Assembly: GCA_965216585.1 (NCBI GenBank)
Contig: CBDCGC010000002.1
Span: 483,160 to 547,159, forward strand
Length of the DNA: 64,000 bases
From: an uncultured Candidatus Binatia bacterium
GTDB lineage: Bacteria; Desulfobacterota; Binatia; HRBIN30; CADEER01
Direction: 5' to 3'
The stretch's first letter is position 1. The number at the start of each line of letters is the position of its first letter. The notes under the pieces were generated by a model. That model saw nothing but the letters and a program-made list of their open reading frames with translations. It did no database searches and was not told the origin of the DNA. Shown here one piece after another: positions 18,677 to 31,808 of the stretch. Position numbers and translations under genes: made by a program.

Positions 18677-19557
18677 TTCAACACGCCGAGGGCGCGCATC
18701 TCGGCGGCCACGCCCTGGCGCGTTGCCTCGCCGGCCGGCAAGAGCGGCAGTCGCAGCTCGTCGCTACAGTAGCCGAGCATCGACATCGCGGCTTTGACGG
18801 GAATCGGGTTGGTCTCGGCGAAGAGCGCGCGCATCAACGGGATCATGCGGAAGTGCTGCGCCCGCGCCGCGGCGAAATCGCCGCCGAGGGCGGCGGCGAC
18901 CGAGGCCGCGCTCTCGGCCGGCAACACGTTGGCGATCACCGAAATGACTCCCACCGCACCGACGGCGATCAACGGGAGGGTGAGCGAGTCGTCGCCCGAG
19001 TAGATTTCGAGCGCATCGCCACAGAGACGGGCGACTTCTTGCGCTTCGTCGAGCGAGCCGGTGGCCTCTTTGAGACCGATGATGCCGTCGAGCTCGGCCA
19101 GGCGGGCGAGCGTCGTCGCTTCCATTTTCGAACCGGTACGGCCGGGAATGTTGTAGACGATCAGGGGCATTCCCGTTTCGCCGGCGATGTGCCGGTAGTG
19201 CTGGTAGATGCCCTCTTGCGTCGGCTTGTTGTAGTAGGGCGAGATCAGCAGCGCGGCGCTGGCGCCGGCCTGCTTGGCCGCCGCCGTCAATTCGACTGCC
19301 TCGCTGGTCGAGTTGGATCCGGTACCGGCGATGATTGGAACGCGGCCGCCGGCGATGGCGACCACGCGTTCGACGACCTGGATGTGCTCGGCGTGCGACA
19401 GCGTCGCCGACTCACCCGTGCTGCCGCAGGGCACCAGCGCCGAGGTTCCGTTGGCGAGCTGGAAGTCGACGATCTTTTCGAGCGCTGCTTCGTCGATCGC
19501 GCCGTCGCGAAACGGTGTGATCAGCGCCGTCATCGAACCGGAGAAACGCGGGCTCAT
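18673..19557 (-). CDS. dapA: 4-hydroxy-tetrahydrodipicolinate synthase
   Basis: Start MSPRFSG...TALITPF within the longer ORF. DapA motifs GSTGES, YNIPGRTG. Start overlaps the dapF stop (ATGA). Confidence 0.9.
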   Translation of the reverse strand: MSPRFSGSMTALITPFRDGAIDEAALEKIVDFQLANGTSALVPCGSTGESATLSHAEHIQVVERVVAIAGGRVPIIAGTGSNSTSEAVELTAAAKQAGASAALLISPYYNKPTQEGIYQHYRHIAGETGMPLIVYNIPGRTGSKMEATTLARLAELDGIIGLKEATGSLDEAQEVARLCGDALEIYSGDDSLTLPLIAVGAVGVISVIANVLPAESAASVAAALGGDFAAARAQHFRMIPLMRALFAETNPIPVKAAMSMLGYCSDELRLPLLPAGEATRQGVAAEMRALGVLK

Positions 19558-20405
19558 TCTTCGACCTCGAGGGTGCCGTGGAATACTTCTTCGGCGGCAC
19601 CGGTCATGAGCACCCGATCGTCGCTCTGGCGCCAGTCGATTTCGAGATCGCCACCGTTGAGGTGGACGACGGCTTGGCGTTCGGCTTTGTGGTTGAGCAC
19701 GGCGGCGACCAGCACCGCACAGGCTCCCGTGCCGCAGGCTGCGGTCTCGCCGGAGCCGCGTTCCCACACCCGCATGGTCAGCTCGTTTCTGCCGTCGGCG
19801 CGAACGAACTCGGTATTCACCCCGTCGGGAAAGAACGAGTGCGTTTCGAAACGCGGTCCGATGGTTTCCAGATCGATGCGCGAGGGATCGTCGACGAAGA
19901 TCACGCAGTGGGGGTTGCCCATCGACACACAGGTGACGTCGTAGGAGTCCTCGCCGACGCGCAGTGGCGAGTTGATGACGCGCCCCTCGACACGTGCGGG
20001 AATCTCCGGCCCGTCGAGAATGGGAGCGCCCATGTCGACGGTGACGGCGCGCACGACGCCGCCGTCGTTGTCGATGGCGAGAGCGAGGTCTTTGATGCCG
20101 GCGTCGGTTTCGATGCGCATGGTCTCGCTGCGCACCAGGTCGTGCTCGTAGGCGTACTTGGCGACACAGCGGATACCGTTGCCGCACATTTTGCCGCGAC
20201 TGCCGTCGGCGTTGTACATCTCCATTCGGCAGTCGGCGACCTCCGAAGGCGCGATGAGGATGAGCCCGTCCGAGCCGATCCCCGTGCGCCGCGGGCTGAT
20301 ACGCGCCGCCAGTGCCGACGGGTTCGCCACTCGATGCCGAAAGCAATCGATGTAGACGTAGTCGTTGGCGATGCCGTGCATCTTGGTGAAGGGAATGGTT
20401 GCCAT
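19554..20405 (-). CDS. dapF: Diaminopimelate epimerase
   Basis: MATIPFTKMHGIANDYVYID...CGNGIRC...ACGTGACA are DapF catalytic Cys motifs. Confidence 0.85.
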   Translation of the reverse strand: MATIPFTKMHGIANDYVYIDCFRHRVANPSALAARISPRRTGIGSDGLILIAPSEVADCRMEMYNADGSRGKMCGNGIRCVAKYAYEHDLVRSETMRIETDAGIKDLALAIDNDGGVVRAVTVDMGAPILDGPEIPARVEGRVINSPLRVGEDSYDVTCVSMGNPHCVIFVDDPSRIDLETIGPRFETHSFFPDGVNTEFVRADGRNELTMRVWERGSGETAACGTGACAVLVAAVLNHKAERQAVVHLNGGDLEIDWRQSDDRVLMTGAAEEVFHGTLEVEE

Positions 20406-20455
20406 GGAAATCCGGTGGTTAGCACGCACGGTGCTCGCTTCAAAGGCGGCGCTCG

Positions 20456-20917
20456 CTACGATTGTGGAGAATCGGCGGCGTCGTCCGACGGCAAGGCGCG
20501 GCGGATGAAGACGGCTTCGCCCGGCAGGCTTTCGTATTCGTCGACGGTGATGGCGATGACGCGGTAGTGGTAGATCTCGCCGAGGTCGGCGGTCGAGTCG
20601 AGATAGCGAAAGGTCTTTTTGCGGCGAAAGCGCTGGCGGTCCTCGACCTCGAGATGCTCGAGCAGCCGGTAGCCACAGCAGGGCCGCTTGCGCTCGATGC
20701 GGAAGGCGGCGAGGTCGAGCATGTGCGAGCCGTCGACATAGCGGGTCGGCCGCTGCCAGCGGACTTCGATGCCGTCGTCGAGATTGACGGCGCTGACTCC
20801 CTCGACGCTCTGCGGCGCCACCAGATCGGGCGGCCGCACGGCCGTCTTGCGGCCGCAGGCGAGGCCGAGGAGCGCGACGCAGGTCAGTGCGAGCGCAGCG
20901 CAGCGCCGTGCCGTCAT
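20456..20917 (-). CDS. Lipoprotein (hypothetical)
   Basis: Lipobox LLGLAC after a signal peptide. No recognised domain. Confidence 0.45.
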   Translation of the reverse strand: MTARRCAALALTCVALLGLACGRKTAVRPPDLVAPQSVEGVSAVNLDDGIEVRWQRPTRYVDGSHMLDLAAFRIERKRPCCGYRLLEHLEVEDRQRFRRKKTFRYLDSTADLGEIYHYRVIAITVDEYESLPGEAVFIRRALPSDDAADSPQS

Positions 20918-22308
20918 CGCTTCAGCTTCTTGGTGCGCAGGCGGCGCTGGACGTTGACCGGCGCCGTGCCGCCGGTGGCGCGGCGCCGGCGCACGGCGGA
21001 TTCGGGCGTCAGCCAGCTCAACACGTCTTTGTCGAAGTCCGGCGCGAAGGCGCGCAGCTCTTCGAGAGTCAGCGAAGACAGCGAGCGCTGTTCGGCGACG
21101 GCGCTGCGCACGATGGCACCGACGATGCCGTGGGCGCGGCGAAAGGGCACGCCGCGGGTGGCCAGGTAGTCGGCCAGCTCGGTTGCCAGCGTGTAGCCGG
21201 CGTCGGCGGCTTGCTCCATGCGGTCGGCGCGGACGCGCAAGTGCGGGATCATCGCGGCGAGCACCGACAGGCAGGCGTCGAGTGTGTCGGCGGCGTCGAA
21301 GAGCGGCGCTTTGTCCTCCTGGAGATCGCGGTTGTAGGCCAGCGGCAGTCCCTTCATCGTCGTCAGCAGAGCCATCAGGCTACCGAAGACGCGCCCGGTC
21401 TTACCGCGTACCAGCTCGGCGACGTCGGGGTTGCGCTTCTGCGGCATCATCGAAGAACCGGTTGCGAAGGCGTCGGGCAACTCGATGAAGGCGAAATGCG
21501 GCGACGCCCAGAGAACGATTTCGTCGGCGAAGCGCGAGAGGTGGACGGCGCAGATGGCTGCGGCGGCGAGAAACTCGAGGGCGCCGTCGCGATCGCTGAC
21601 CGTGTCGAGGCTGTTCTGCGACACGCCGTCGAAGTCCAACAAGCGGGCGACGTAGGCGCGGTCGATGGGAAAGGTCGTGCCGGCGAGAGCACCGGCACCG
21701 AGCGGTAGAACGTTGACGCGCTTGCGACAGTCGCGCAGGCGGGCTTCGTCGCGGTCCAGCATCTCGCAGTAGGCGAGCAGGTGGTGGGCAAACAACACCG
21801 GCTGTGCTGGTTGCAAGTGGGTATAGCCGGGCATGATGACACCGGCGTTGGCACGCGCCAGATCGGCGAGGGCGTGCTGCACGGCGGCCAGGCCGCGGCA
21901 GATCTCATCGATCGCCTGGCGCAGATACAAGCGCAGGTCGAGGGCGACCTGATCGTTGCGCGATCGCGCCGTGTGCAGCTTGCCGCCGACGGCGCCGATC
22001 TTCTCGATCAGGCGCCGTTCGATCGCCATGTGGATGTCTTCGTCGCTCGGCAGCGTTTCGAAGGTTCCGCGTTCCAGCTCGCGGCGAATCAGCTCGAGGC
22101 CGCGGATGATCTTCTCGCCCTCGGCGCGGCTGATGATCTTCTGCTTGGCCAACATGCGACAGTGGGCAATGCTGCCGGCGATGTCGTGGGCGTAGAGGCG
22201 ACGATCGACGGGGAGCGAGGTGGTGAAGGCGTCGACGAGGGGGTGGGTCGCTTCTTCCATCCGTCCCGCCCAGGCTTTCTTGGGTGATCGTTTCGATCGC
22301 TGCGCCAT
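20914..22308 (-). CDS. argH: Argininosuccinate lyase
   Basis: 464 aa. N-terminal WAGRMEE (equivalent to the ArgH LWGGRFSE) and fumarate-lyase signature GSSMMPQKRNPD. Confidence 0.9.
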   Translation of the reverse strand: MAQRSKRSPKKAWAGRMEEATHPLVDAFTTSLPVDRRLYAHDIAGSIAHCRMLAKQKIISRAEGEKIIRGLELIRRELERGTFETLPSDEDIHMAIERRLIEKIGAVGGKLHTARSRNDQVALDLRLYLRQAIDEICRGLAAVQHALADLARANAGVIMPGYTHLQPAQPVLFAHHLLAYCEMLDRDEARLRDCRKRVNVLPLGAGALAGTTFPIDRAYVARLLDFDGVSQNSLDTVSDRDGALEFLAAAAICAVHLSRFADEIVLWASPHFAFIELPDAFATGSSMMPQKRNPDVAELVRGKTGRVFGSLMALLTTMKGLPLAYNRDLQEDKAPLFDAADTLDACLSVLAAMIPHLRVRADRMEQAADAGYTLATELADYLATRGVPFRRAHGIVGAIVRSAVAEQRSLSSLTLEELRAFAPDFDKDVLSWLTPESAVRRRRATGGTAPVNVQRRLRTKKLKR

Positions 22309-22335
22309 CTCTGTCTCGTCTGTTCGGCGGCGAGC

Positions 22336-23538
<1,203 letters not shown>

Positions 23539-23545
23539 GTTAGGT

Positions 23546-24475
23546 CTATCCTCTGCTGCGCAAGAGCTGGTCGTTCAACCAGACGAGAACGGCTTTCTGC
23601 ACGTGCAGGCGGTTTTCCGCTTGATCAAAGACGATGGATGCCGGGCCGTCGATGACCTCGGCGGTGACCTCTTCGCCGCGGTGGGCGGGCAGGCAGTGCA
23701 TCACCAGGGCGTCTTTCTTGGCGTGTTGCAGGATGGCTGCGTTCAGTTGATAGGGCGCAAAGATCGCCTTGCGCTCTTCTGCCTCGTCCTCCTGGCCCAT
23801 GCTCGCCCATACGTCGGTATAGGCGACGTCGGCGTCGCTCATCGCCGCCGCCGGATCGCCGGTGACGAGAACGTTGGCGCCGTCAGCCCGCGCCGCCGCC
23901 AGCACGTCGCCGTCCGGCTCGTAGCCGGGCGGACAGGCGATCGCCAGCGCGAAGCCAAAGCGCGCGGCGGCGCTGACCCAGGAGTTGGCCATGTTGTTGC
24001 CGTCGCCGAGATAGGCGATCTTCTGCCGCTCGAGCGGGCCGCGGCGCTCGCGCACGGTGAAGCAATCGCTCAGCACCTGACAGGGATGGAGGAGGTCGGA
24101 CAGACCGTTGATCACCGGAACGCTGGCAGAGTTCGCGAGCTCGAGCTGTGAGTCGTGGCTCACCGTCCGCGCCATGATGAAATCGACCAGCCGGTCGAGA
24201 TTGCGCGCAATGTCGGCAACGCTTTCGCGCTCGCCGAGCCGAATGTCGGTCGGTGTGAGATAGACGGCGTAGCCGCCGAGCTGGGTCATGCCGACCTGAA
24301 ACGTCACTCGCGTGCGCAGGCTCGGCTTCTCGAAAATCATCGCCAGGGTCTTGCCGGCCACCTGTGGCGTGCGTTGCCCCGAGCGCAGCTCGCGTTTGAG
24401 GCGCTCGGCGAGGGCGAGAATTTCGTTGAGCTCGGCACTGGTCAGGTCGGCAAGGGCCAGGAAGTCGCGTTTCAT
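23546..24475 (-). CDS. argF: Ornithine carbamoyltransferase
   Basis: Start [16 protein letters not shown] carbamoyl-phosphate motif (SLRTRVTF) and HCLP motif. ATGA overlap with the argD stop. Confidence 0.85.
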   Translation of the reverse strand: MKRDFLALADLTSAELNEILALAERLKRELRSGQRTPQVAGKTLAMIFEKPSLRTRVTFQVGMTQLGGYAVYLTPTDIRLGERESVADIARNLDRLVDFIMARTVSHDSQLELANSASVPVINGLSDLLHPCQVLSDCFTVRERRGPLERQKIAYLGDGNNMANSWVSAAARFGFALAIACPPGYEPDGDVLAAARADGANVLVTGDPAAAMSDADVAYTDVWASMGQEDEAEERKAIFAPYQLNAAILQHAKKDALVMHCLPAHRGEEVTAEVIDGPASIVFDQAENRLHVQKAVLVWLNDQLLRSRG

Positions 24476-25652
24476 CGGCGCACCACCTCGGCGAGAATCT
24501 CCACGGCGCGGTCGATCTCGGCGGCGCTGACGTTGAGCGGCGGCGCCAGGCGGAGAACGTTGCCACCGGTGCTGTTGACGATCAGTCCGCGCTCGCGGCA
24601 GGCGTCGACGATCGGCGCACTGGCTTCCTCGAGCAGGGCGGCGACGAGCAGGCCGCGGCCGCGTACGCCGGTGATCTTCGCGCCGCCGACCAAGTCGCTG
24701 AGACCGCCGATGAGGCGTTTGCTCATGGCCCGGCAGTGGGCCAGCAGATCCTCCGCTTCGATGGTGTCGAGGACGGCGAGGGCGACGGCACTGGCCAGCG
24801 CGTTGCCGCCGAACGTCGAACCGTGCGCGCCGGCGTCGAATGCGGCGGCTGCGGGTTGGCAAGCCAGCATGGCGCCGACCGGCACGCCACCGCCGAGGCC
24901 CTTGGCCAGGGTGATGACGTCGGGGCGCACGTCGTCGTGCTGGTAGGCGAACATCGTCCCGCAGCGTCCGATGCCGGTTTGCACTTCGTCGAGGATGAGC
25001 AGCAGATCGCGCTTGTCGCAGAGCTCGCGCAGCGCGGCGAGATAGCCGTCCGGCGGCACCACGACACCGCCCTCGCCGAGGACGGGCTCGACCATGACGG
25101 CGATCGTCTCGTCGCTGACCGCCTCTTCGACCGCCCCGGCGTCGCCGTAGTCGACGTAGCGAAAGCCACCTTGGGTTGGTTCGAATCCGACGCGCACCTT
25201 TTCCTGGCCGGTCGCGGCGATGGTCGCCAGGGTACGGCCGTGGAAGGAGCCGAGGGCGGTGATGATCTCGTAGCGGCCGCCGCCGGCGCCGTGGCCGTGC
25301 TTGCGGGCCAATTTGATGGCCGCCTCGTTGGCTTCGGCGCCGCTGTTGCAGAGAAAGACGCGATCGGCGAACGACGACTCGACGAGCTTCAGCGCCAGCA
25401 GCGCCTGCGGCTCGCAATAGTGCAGATTGGAAACGTGCCAGATGGCGCGCGCCTGTTGGTCGATCGCCTCGACCAGGGCGGGGTGAGCGTGGCCGAGTGA
25501 GGTGACCACCGTGCTCGAAAAGAAGTCGAGATACTCGCGCCCGTCGGCATCCCACACCTTCGTACCGGCGCCGCGCACCAGCGCCAGCGGCGCCCGCGCA
25601 TAGGTGGGAAAGAGACAGTCGTCGCTGATCGACTTGATCTCGTCGGTGTTCA
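24472..25652 (-). CDS. argD: Acetylornithine aminotransferase
   Basis: Start MNTDEIKSI. Class III aminotransferase with PLP-Lys context DVITLAKGLGGG. Confidence 0.85.
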
Positions 25653-26528
25653 TCCGCTGATCACCTCGGAACCGACCCCCTCGGAGGTGAAGATCTCCAG
25701 CAGGAGGGCGTGTTGGACGCGTCCATCGATGATGTGGGTCTTGCCGACACCGCTGCCGAGTGCCGACAGGCAGCACTCGACCTTGGGGATCATGCCGCCG
25801 TCGATGACGCCGCTGGCGATGAGCTCACGTGCGTCGGCGGCGGCGAGAGTCGGCACGACTTCGCCGGAGCCGTCGCGGATTCCCTCGACGTCGGTGAGGA
25901 GAACGAGCTTTTCGGCGCCCAGCGCGACGGCCATCTCGGCGGCGACGACGTCGGCGTTGATGTTGTAGGTCTCACCGCCGTCACCGGCACCGATCGGCGC
26001 GATGACCGGAATGTAGCCGGAGCGATCGAGCGAGTCGATGACGTCGGCGTCGACCGAGCGAACCGTTCCGACCTGACCGATGTCCTGGACTCCGTCGTCG
26101 TCGTCGTCGGCAATTTCCAGCTTGGCGGCGCGGATCAGTCGGCCGTCTTTGCCGGACAAGCCGACTGCCTTGCCGCCGAATTGGTTGATCATACGGACGA
26201 TGGATTTGTTGACGGCGCCGGCCAACACCATCTCGACGACGTCCATCGTCGCCGCGTCGGTGACGCGCATGCCGCGCACGAAGCGCGACTCGATGCCGAG
26301 CTTCTTCAACATGCTGCCGATCTGCGGGCCGCCGCCGTGCACGACGACCGGGTTCATACCGGTGTACTTCAGCAGGACGACGTCGCGGGCGAAGCTCTCC
26401 TGCAGCTTTTCGTCGACCATGGCGTGACCGCCGTACTTGATGACGATGGTCTTGCCGCTGAAGTGCTGGATGTAGGGCAGGGCGTCGAGCAGAACCCTCG
26501 CCTTGTTGGCGGCATCGTTCATCGGCAC
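25650..26528 (-). CDS. argB: Acetylglutamate kinase
   Basis: 292 aa. [10 protein letters not shown]...VVHGGGPQI are amino-acid kinase family signatures. GTG or nearby ATG start. Confidence 0.85.
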   Translation of the reverse strand: MPMNDAANKARVLLDALPYIQHFSGKTIVIKYGGHAMVDEKLQESFARDVVLLKYTGMNPVVVHGGGPQIGSMLKKLGIESRFVRGMRVTDAATMDVVEMVLAGAVNKSIVRMINQFGGKAVGLSGKDGRLIRAAKLEIADDDDDGVQDIGQVGTVRSVDADVIDSLDRSGYIPVIAPIGAGDGGETYNINADVVAAEMAVALGAEKLVLLTDVEGIRDGSGEVVPTLAAADARELIASGVIDGGMIPKVECCLSALGSGVGKTHIIDGRVQHALLLEIFTSEGVGSEVISG

Positions 26529-26579
26529 ACCATCCCGTCACCAGCCGGGCGCGCACCCTGCGCACCACAGTGGAGGAGA

Positions 26580-27908
<1,329 letters not shown>

Positions 27909-27918
27909 CTCAGAGCCT

Positions 27919-28473
27919 TCAGTCGAGCGCTTCGATGACGAGCTGGTCGTTGGTGTAGATGCAGAGGGATGCGGCGATCTTCATCGCTTCTTCGGCGACT
28001 TTGTCGGCGGCGAGGTCGGTGTTTGCCATCAGGGCGCGCGCCGCGGCGAGGGCGAAGTTGCCGCCCGAGCCAATGGCGATCGCCGCCTCGTCGGGCTCGA
28101 TGACGTCGCCGCTGCCGCTGATGACGAGGAGAGTCTGGCGATCGGCGGCGAGCAACAGCGCTTCGAGTCGGCGCAAGACGCGATCGGTGCGCCAGTCCTT
28201 GCCGAGCTCGACGGCGGCGCGGGTCAGGTTGCCGTTGTACTCCTGGAGCTTGCCCTCGAATTTGTCGAAGAGCGTAAAGGCGTCGGCGGTGGCGCCGGCA
28301 AAGCCGGCCAGCACGCGACCATCGTGCAGCCTGCGCACTTTACGAGCGCCGTGCTTCATGACGGCAGTGCCCATGGTGACCTGACCGTCGCCGGCCATGA
28401 CGACCTTGTCGTTCTTGCGCAGGGCGAGAATCGTCGTGCTGCGAATCTCGATGTGTGTGTCGCGTCGCTTCAT
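27919..28473 (-). CDS. hslV: ATP-dependent protease subunit HslV
   Basis: [21 protein letters not shown] is the HslV N-terminal Thr nucleophile region. Annotated ORF has an 11-aa leader, so the true start is uncertain. Confidence 0.85.
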   Translation of the reverse strand: MKRRDTHIEIRSTTILALRKNDKVVMAGDGQVTMGTAVMKHGARKVRRLHDGRVLAGFAGATADAFTLFDKFEGKLQEYNGNLTRAAVELGKDWRTDRVLRRLEALLLAADRQTLLVISGSGDVIEPDEAAIAIGSGGNFALAAARALMANTDLAADKVAEEAMKIAASLCIYTNDQLVIEALD

Positions 28474-28692
28474 AGCAGAAGCTGGTTACCATGCGCGCCG
28501 CCGCCCGGCGAGGCAAGGGGGCTGATGCGGCGGATAAGCGCTACTGCCGCTCGTTGACCCCACAGCAGCGCGTCCGCATTACACTAGAGCTTGGCCGTGG
28601 CTACAGAGAGGATTTCGGTGAAGCTGGCGAACGACTCGAGAGAGTATTGCGAGTGAGGAAGCTTTCCGAACGCTGACCGCTGTCGGTCTCCT

Positions 28693-29607
28693 TCACGCGC
28701 GCGGATGTGCTTTGTCGTAGGTTTCCATCAACTGGGCGAGATCGACGTGGGTGTATTTCTGCGTCGTTGAGAGAGACGAATGACCGAGCAGCTCCTGGAT
28801 GGCGCGCAGGTCGGCGCCGGCGCCGAGCAGGTGGGTGGCGAAGCTGTGGCGCAGGGCGTGCGGGCTGATTTTGGACGCCAGTCCGCATTGCGCGGTGTAG
28901 TGATCGACGGCGCGGGCGACCGAACGCGTCGTCAAGCGGCCGCCGCGCTGGTTGAGGAAGACGGCCTCGTCGTCCTTGACGCCGCGCCGGCAGAGTTGTG
29001 GGATGCGTTGGCGATAGGCACCGACCGCCGCGAGCGCGGCACCGCCGACGGGGACGACGCGCTCCTTTCTGCCCTTGCCGCGGACGCGGAGAACACCGAG
29101 GCTCTCGTCGATGTCGGCCCAGTTGAGGCCGACCACTTCGCTGACGCGCAGCCCAGCCGAGTAGATGACCTCGAGGATGGCGCGGTCGCGTTGCCCGGCC
29201 GGCTTGCTGAGATCGGGCGCTTCGAGCAGCCGGAACGTGTCATCCACGGTCAGGTGATTGGGCAGCTTCTTGTCCTGCTTCGGAGTGACCAGGTTGATCG
29301 TCGGATCGACGGCAATGACCTCGCGCCGCCGCAGGTGACGGCAGAAGCGCTTGATCGAGGAAATCTTGCGCGCCACGGAAGAGGCCGAGGATCGTTTGAG
29401 CTGTTCGACGAGAAAGCGCCGCAACACCGTCTCGTCGATGACCTCGCAGCCGAGACTGCCCCCATCGGCCGCCCGCAGAGTCGCCACAAAAGCCATCAAT
29501 TGCTCTAAGTCGGCACCGTAAGCCCGTAAAGTATTGGGTGAAACGTTCTCTTCGACTTCCAGGAGATGGAGGAAGTCAGAGATCTCATTCTGCAGGGTCG
29601 GCTTCAT
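28693..29607 (-). CDS. xerC: Tyrosine recombinase XerC/XerD family
   Basis: 304 aa. Phage-integrase catalytic signature R...HxxR...Y (HALRHSFATHLL...GHSSLSTTQKYTH). Upstream of hslVU, the xerC/codV-like context. Confidence 0.75.
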   Translation of the reverse strand: MKPTLQNEISDFLHLLEVEENVSPNTLRAYGADLEQLMAFVATLRAADGGSLGCEVIDETVLRRFLVEQLKRSSASSVARKISSIKRFCRHLRRREVIAVDPTINLVTPKQDKKLPNHLTVDDTFRLLEAPDLSKPAGQRDRAILEVIYSAGLRVSEVVGLNWADIDESLGVLRVRGKGRKERVVPVGGAALAAVGAYRQRIPQLCRRGVKDDEAVFLNQRGGRLTTRSVARAVDHYTAQCGLASKISPHALRHSFATHLLGAGADLRAIQELLGHSSLSTTQKYTHVDLAQLMETYDKAHPRA

Positions 29608-29694
29608 GTCGGAGATTCTTGTTTAGCAAAATTGCGGTCGAATGGCAGCTGCGCGGCTCTGGCGCAGCGCCGCCGCTTTTGCTGTTTTACGCGC

Positions 29695-30108
29695 ATGCGA
29701 CACCATCTCTGGCTGGGCGCAATCGTTCTTTTGCTGGCGACCGGGTGCATGGGGCCGTCGGCCGACTCCGCCCAGGGGGTGGCGGAGGGGTTTCTCGACG
29801 AGCACTACGTGCGCATCGATCAGCAGCGCTCGTTGGCCTACTGCACCGGCCTGGCCAAGCACAAGGTGGAGGAGGAAATCCGCTTGATCGGCGATGAGAA
29901 GATCGACGACTCGACGATGAAACCATCGGTGTCGTATTCTCTGCTCGAGGAAGTCCCCGAAGGCGCCGATCGCACGACTTTCCTCTACGCCGGAAAGGTC
30001 CGCTTGCAGGGCGGCGACACCTTCGAGATGCGCTGGATGATCCACACGCGCCGCGAGGGTGGTGCGTGGAAGGTGTCCAATTACAAGGAGCTGCCGGCGA
30101 GTGGCTGA
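29695..30108 (+). CDS. Lipoprotein (hypothetical)
   Basis: Start MRHHLWLGAIVLLLATGCMG (lipobox) within the longer ORF. Confidence 0.45.
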   Translation: MRHHLWLGAIVLLLATGCMGPSADSAQGVAEGFLDEHYVRIDQQRSLAYCTGLAKHKVEEEIRLIGDEKIDDSTMKPSVSYSLLEEVPEGADRTTFLYAGKVRLQGGDTFEMRWMIHTRREGGAWKVSNYKELPASG

Positions 30109-30136
30109 GCCGCCGAGTGAGCGAGCTGCGCGGCGA

Positions 30137-30538
30137 ATGCTCGGGCCGGAACTGGTGCGCGCCGAGGGTGATCGCGTCCGTTTGATCGGCGGCCGCTGCG
30201 GCGCCTGCGCGCGGCCTCATTTCCCTCGCGCCGCCAGCTGCCCGTATTGTTCGGCCGCTGAGTGCGAGCTACTGGAGCTCGGGCCACAGGGGCGCCTGTG
30301 GCTGTTTACCGCCGTGCTGCGACCGCCGCCGGGATATCTCGGCGACGTCCCCTTCGGTTTCGGCATCGTCGAGCTCGAGGAGGGATTGCGCGTCGTGACC
30401 CGCCTCACGGAGAGTGATCCCGCCCTGTTGCGCCGCGGCATGCGCATGCGCCTGGTGGTCGACGCGCTGCCGGCGAGCGAAGGCAGTGACGGCGAAGCCG
30501 TCTGCACCTACGCCTTCGCGCCATCTGAGGAAGCGTGA
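30137..30538 (+). CDS. DUF35-like OB-fold/zinc-ribbon protein (thiolase-associated)
   Basis: CGACARPHFPRAASCPYC is a Cys4 ribbon, followed by an OB-fold region. Directly upstream of a thiolase-like gene with a 4-bp overlap, the typical DUF35/SCP-x pairing. Confidence 0.55.
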   Translation: MLGPELVRAEGDRVRLIGGRCGACARPHFPRAASCPYCSAAECELLELGPQGRLWLFTAVLRPPPGYLGDVPFGFGIVELEEGLRVVTRLTESDPALLRRGMRMRLVVDALPASEGSDGEAVCTYAFAPSEEA

Positions 30539-31677
30539 GCCGGAGCGTCGAAATCGCCGGCGTCGGCCTGCATCCCTTCGGGCGCTTTGCCGGCGAGAGC
30601 GTCGTCGACCTCGGTGTGCATGCCGTGCGCGCGGCGCTCGACGATGCCGGTATCGGCGCCGGCGCCGGCGGCTTCCAGGCGGCATATTGTGGCACCGTCT
30701 ACTCCGGCGTCGCGGCGGGTCACAAAGTGCTGACCGCGCTGGGGATGACCGGCATGCCCATCGTCAACGTCGAGGCGGGGTGCGCCAGTGGCGCCGCGGC
30801 GCTCGACCTCGGCGTCGCGGCAGTGCGCAGTGGCCGTTGCGACAGCGTTCTCGTCTTCGGCATGGAGAAGATGCCGCGCGGTATCATCCGCTCGACCTTT
30901 TTCGAGCCGTGGCGCGAAGAGGCGGGGTTGGCTGTCACTCCGGCGTACTTCGCACTGCGGGCGCAGAAGCTGATCTTCGAATCGGGCGTGACGCGCGAGA
31001 TGCTGGCTGCGGTGTCGGTGAAGAACCACGCACACGGTGTGCGCAACCCCGACGCGATGTTTCGCAAAGCCCTGACCATCGAGCAAGTGCTCGAATCGAA
31101 GATGGTCTGCGATCCGCTGACCTTGTTCATGCTGTGCTCGCCCAACGAAGGCGCCGCTGCCGTCGTTCTGCGCCGCGGCGGCGGGCGCGATGGCGCCGTC
31201 GAGGTCGCGGCGACGGCCCTGCGCTCGCATCTACCGGGCAGCGTCCTCGGCGAGCACACGCCGCTCGCCGGTCTGGTCGACGACCAAGCCGATCCACCGA
31301 CGACCCTGGCGGCGCGGGCGGCCTTCGAAGAAGCAGGTGTCGGCCCGGAGGACCTCGATCTGTGCGAGGTGCAGGACACCGACGCGGCGCGCGAGCTCAA
31401 TTCCTACGAAGAGCTGGGACTGTGCGCGGCCGGCGCGGCGGGGGAGTTCTTTGCCGCCGGACACACCCAGATGGATGGCAGAATCCCAGTCAACGCCAGT
31501 GGTGGGCTTTTGTCCAAGGGCGAACCCCTGGGAGCGTCCGGCCTGGCGCAGATCGTCGAGCTCTATCGCCAATTGCGCGGCGAAGCCGGAGCCCGACAGG
31601 TCGCCGGCGCACGCCTCGGCCTCGCCCACACCGTAGGCCGCGGCGCCAACGCATCCGTAGTGATCCTGAAGAGATGA
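30535..31677 (+). CDS. Thiolase-like / lipid-transfer (SCP-x type) protein
   Basis: 380 aa. VNVEAGCASGAAAL is the thiolase active-site Cys context. C-terminal GASGLAQIVE. GTG start. Confidence 0.8.
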   Translation: MSRSVEIAGVGLHPFGRFAGESVVDLGVHAVRAALDDAGIGAGAGGFQAAYCGTVYSGVAAGHKVLTALGMTGMPIVNVEAGCASGAAALDLGVAAVRSGRCDSVLVFGMEKMPRGIIRSTFFEPWREEAGLAVTPAYFALRAQKLIFESGVTREMLAAVSVKNHAHGVRNPDAMFRKALTIEQVLESKMVCDPLTLFMLCSPNEGAAAVVLRRGGGRDGAVEVAATALRSHLPGSVLGEHTPLAGLVDDQADPPTTLAARAAFEEAGVGPEDLDLCEVQDTDAARELNSYEELGLCAAGAAGEFFAAGHTQMDGRIPVNASGGLLSKGEPLGASGLAQIVELYRQLRGEAGARQVAGARLGLAHTVGRGANASVVILKR

Positions 31678-31684
31678 GCGCGCA

Positions 31685-31750
31685 GTCACCATTCACCAAT
31701 CACCATTCACCAATCACCATTCACCAGTCACCACTCACCATTCACCACCC
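31685..31750. repeat. Heptanucleotide microsatellite (NTCACCA) x ~9
   Basis: gtcacca ttcacca atcacca ttcacca atcacca ttcacca gtcacca ctcacca ttcacca, located between the thiolase stop and the next gene. Confidence 0.7.
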
Positions 31751-31808
31751 ATGTAAAACTTCGTAAAAACCCTGAACAACGTGCACTGTCCGGCGTCAGA
31801 CGCGTACA

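Noticed and set aside
18673-20346. 557-aa and 669-aa extended ORFs (also 23546..25555) N-terminal to dapA and argF
   Set aside because: Only the C-terminal parts match DapA/ArgF. The N-terminal extensions are Arg-rich antisense of dapF/argD and were trimmed to internal starts.
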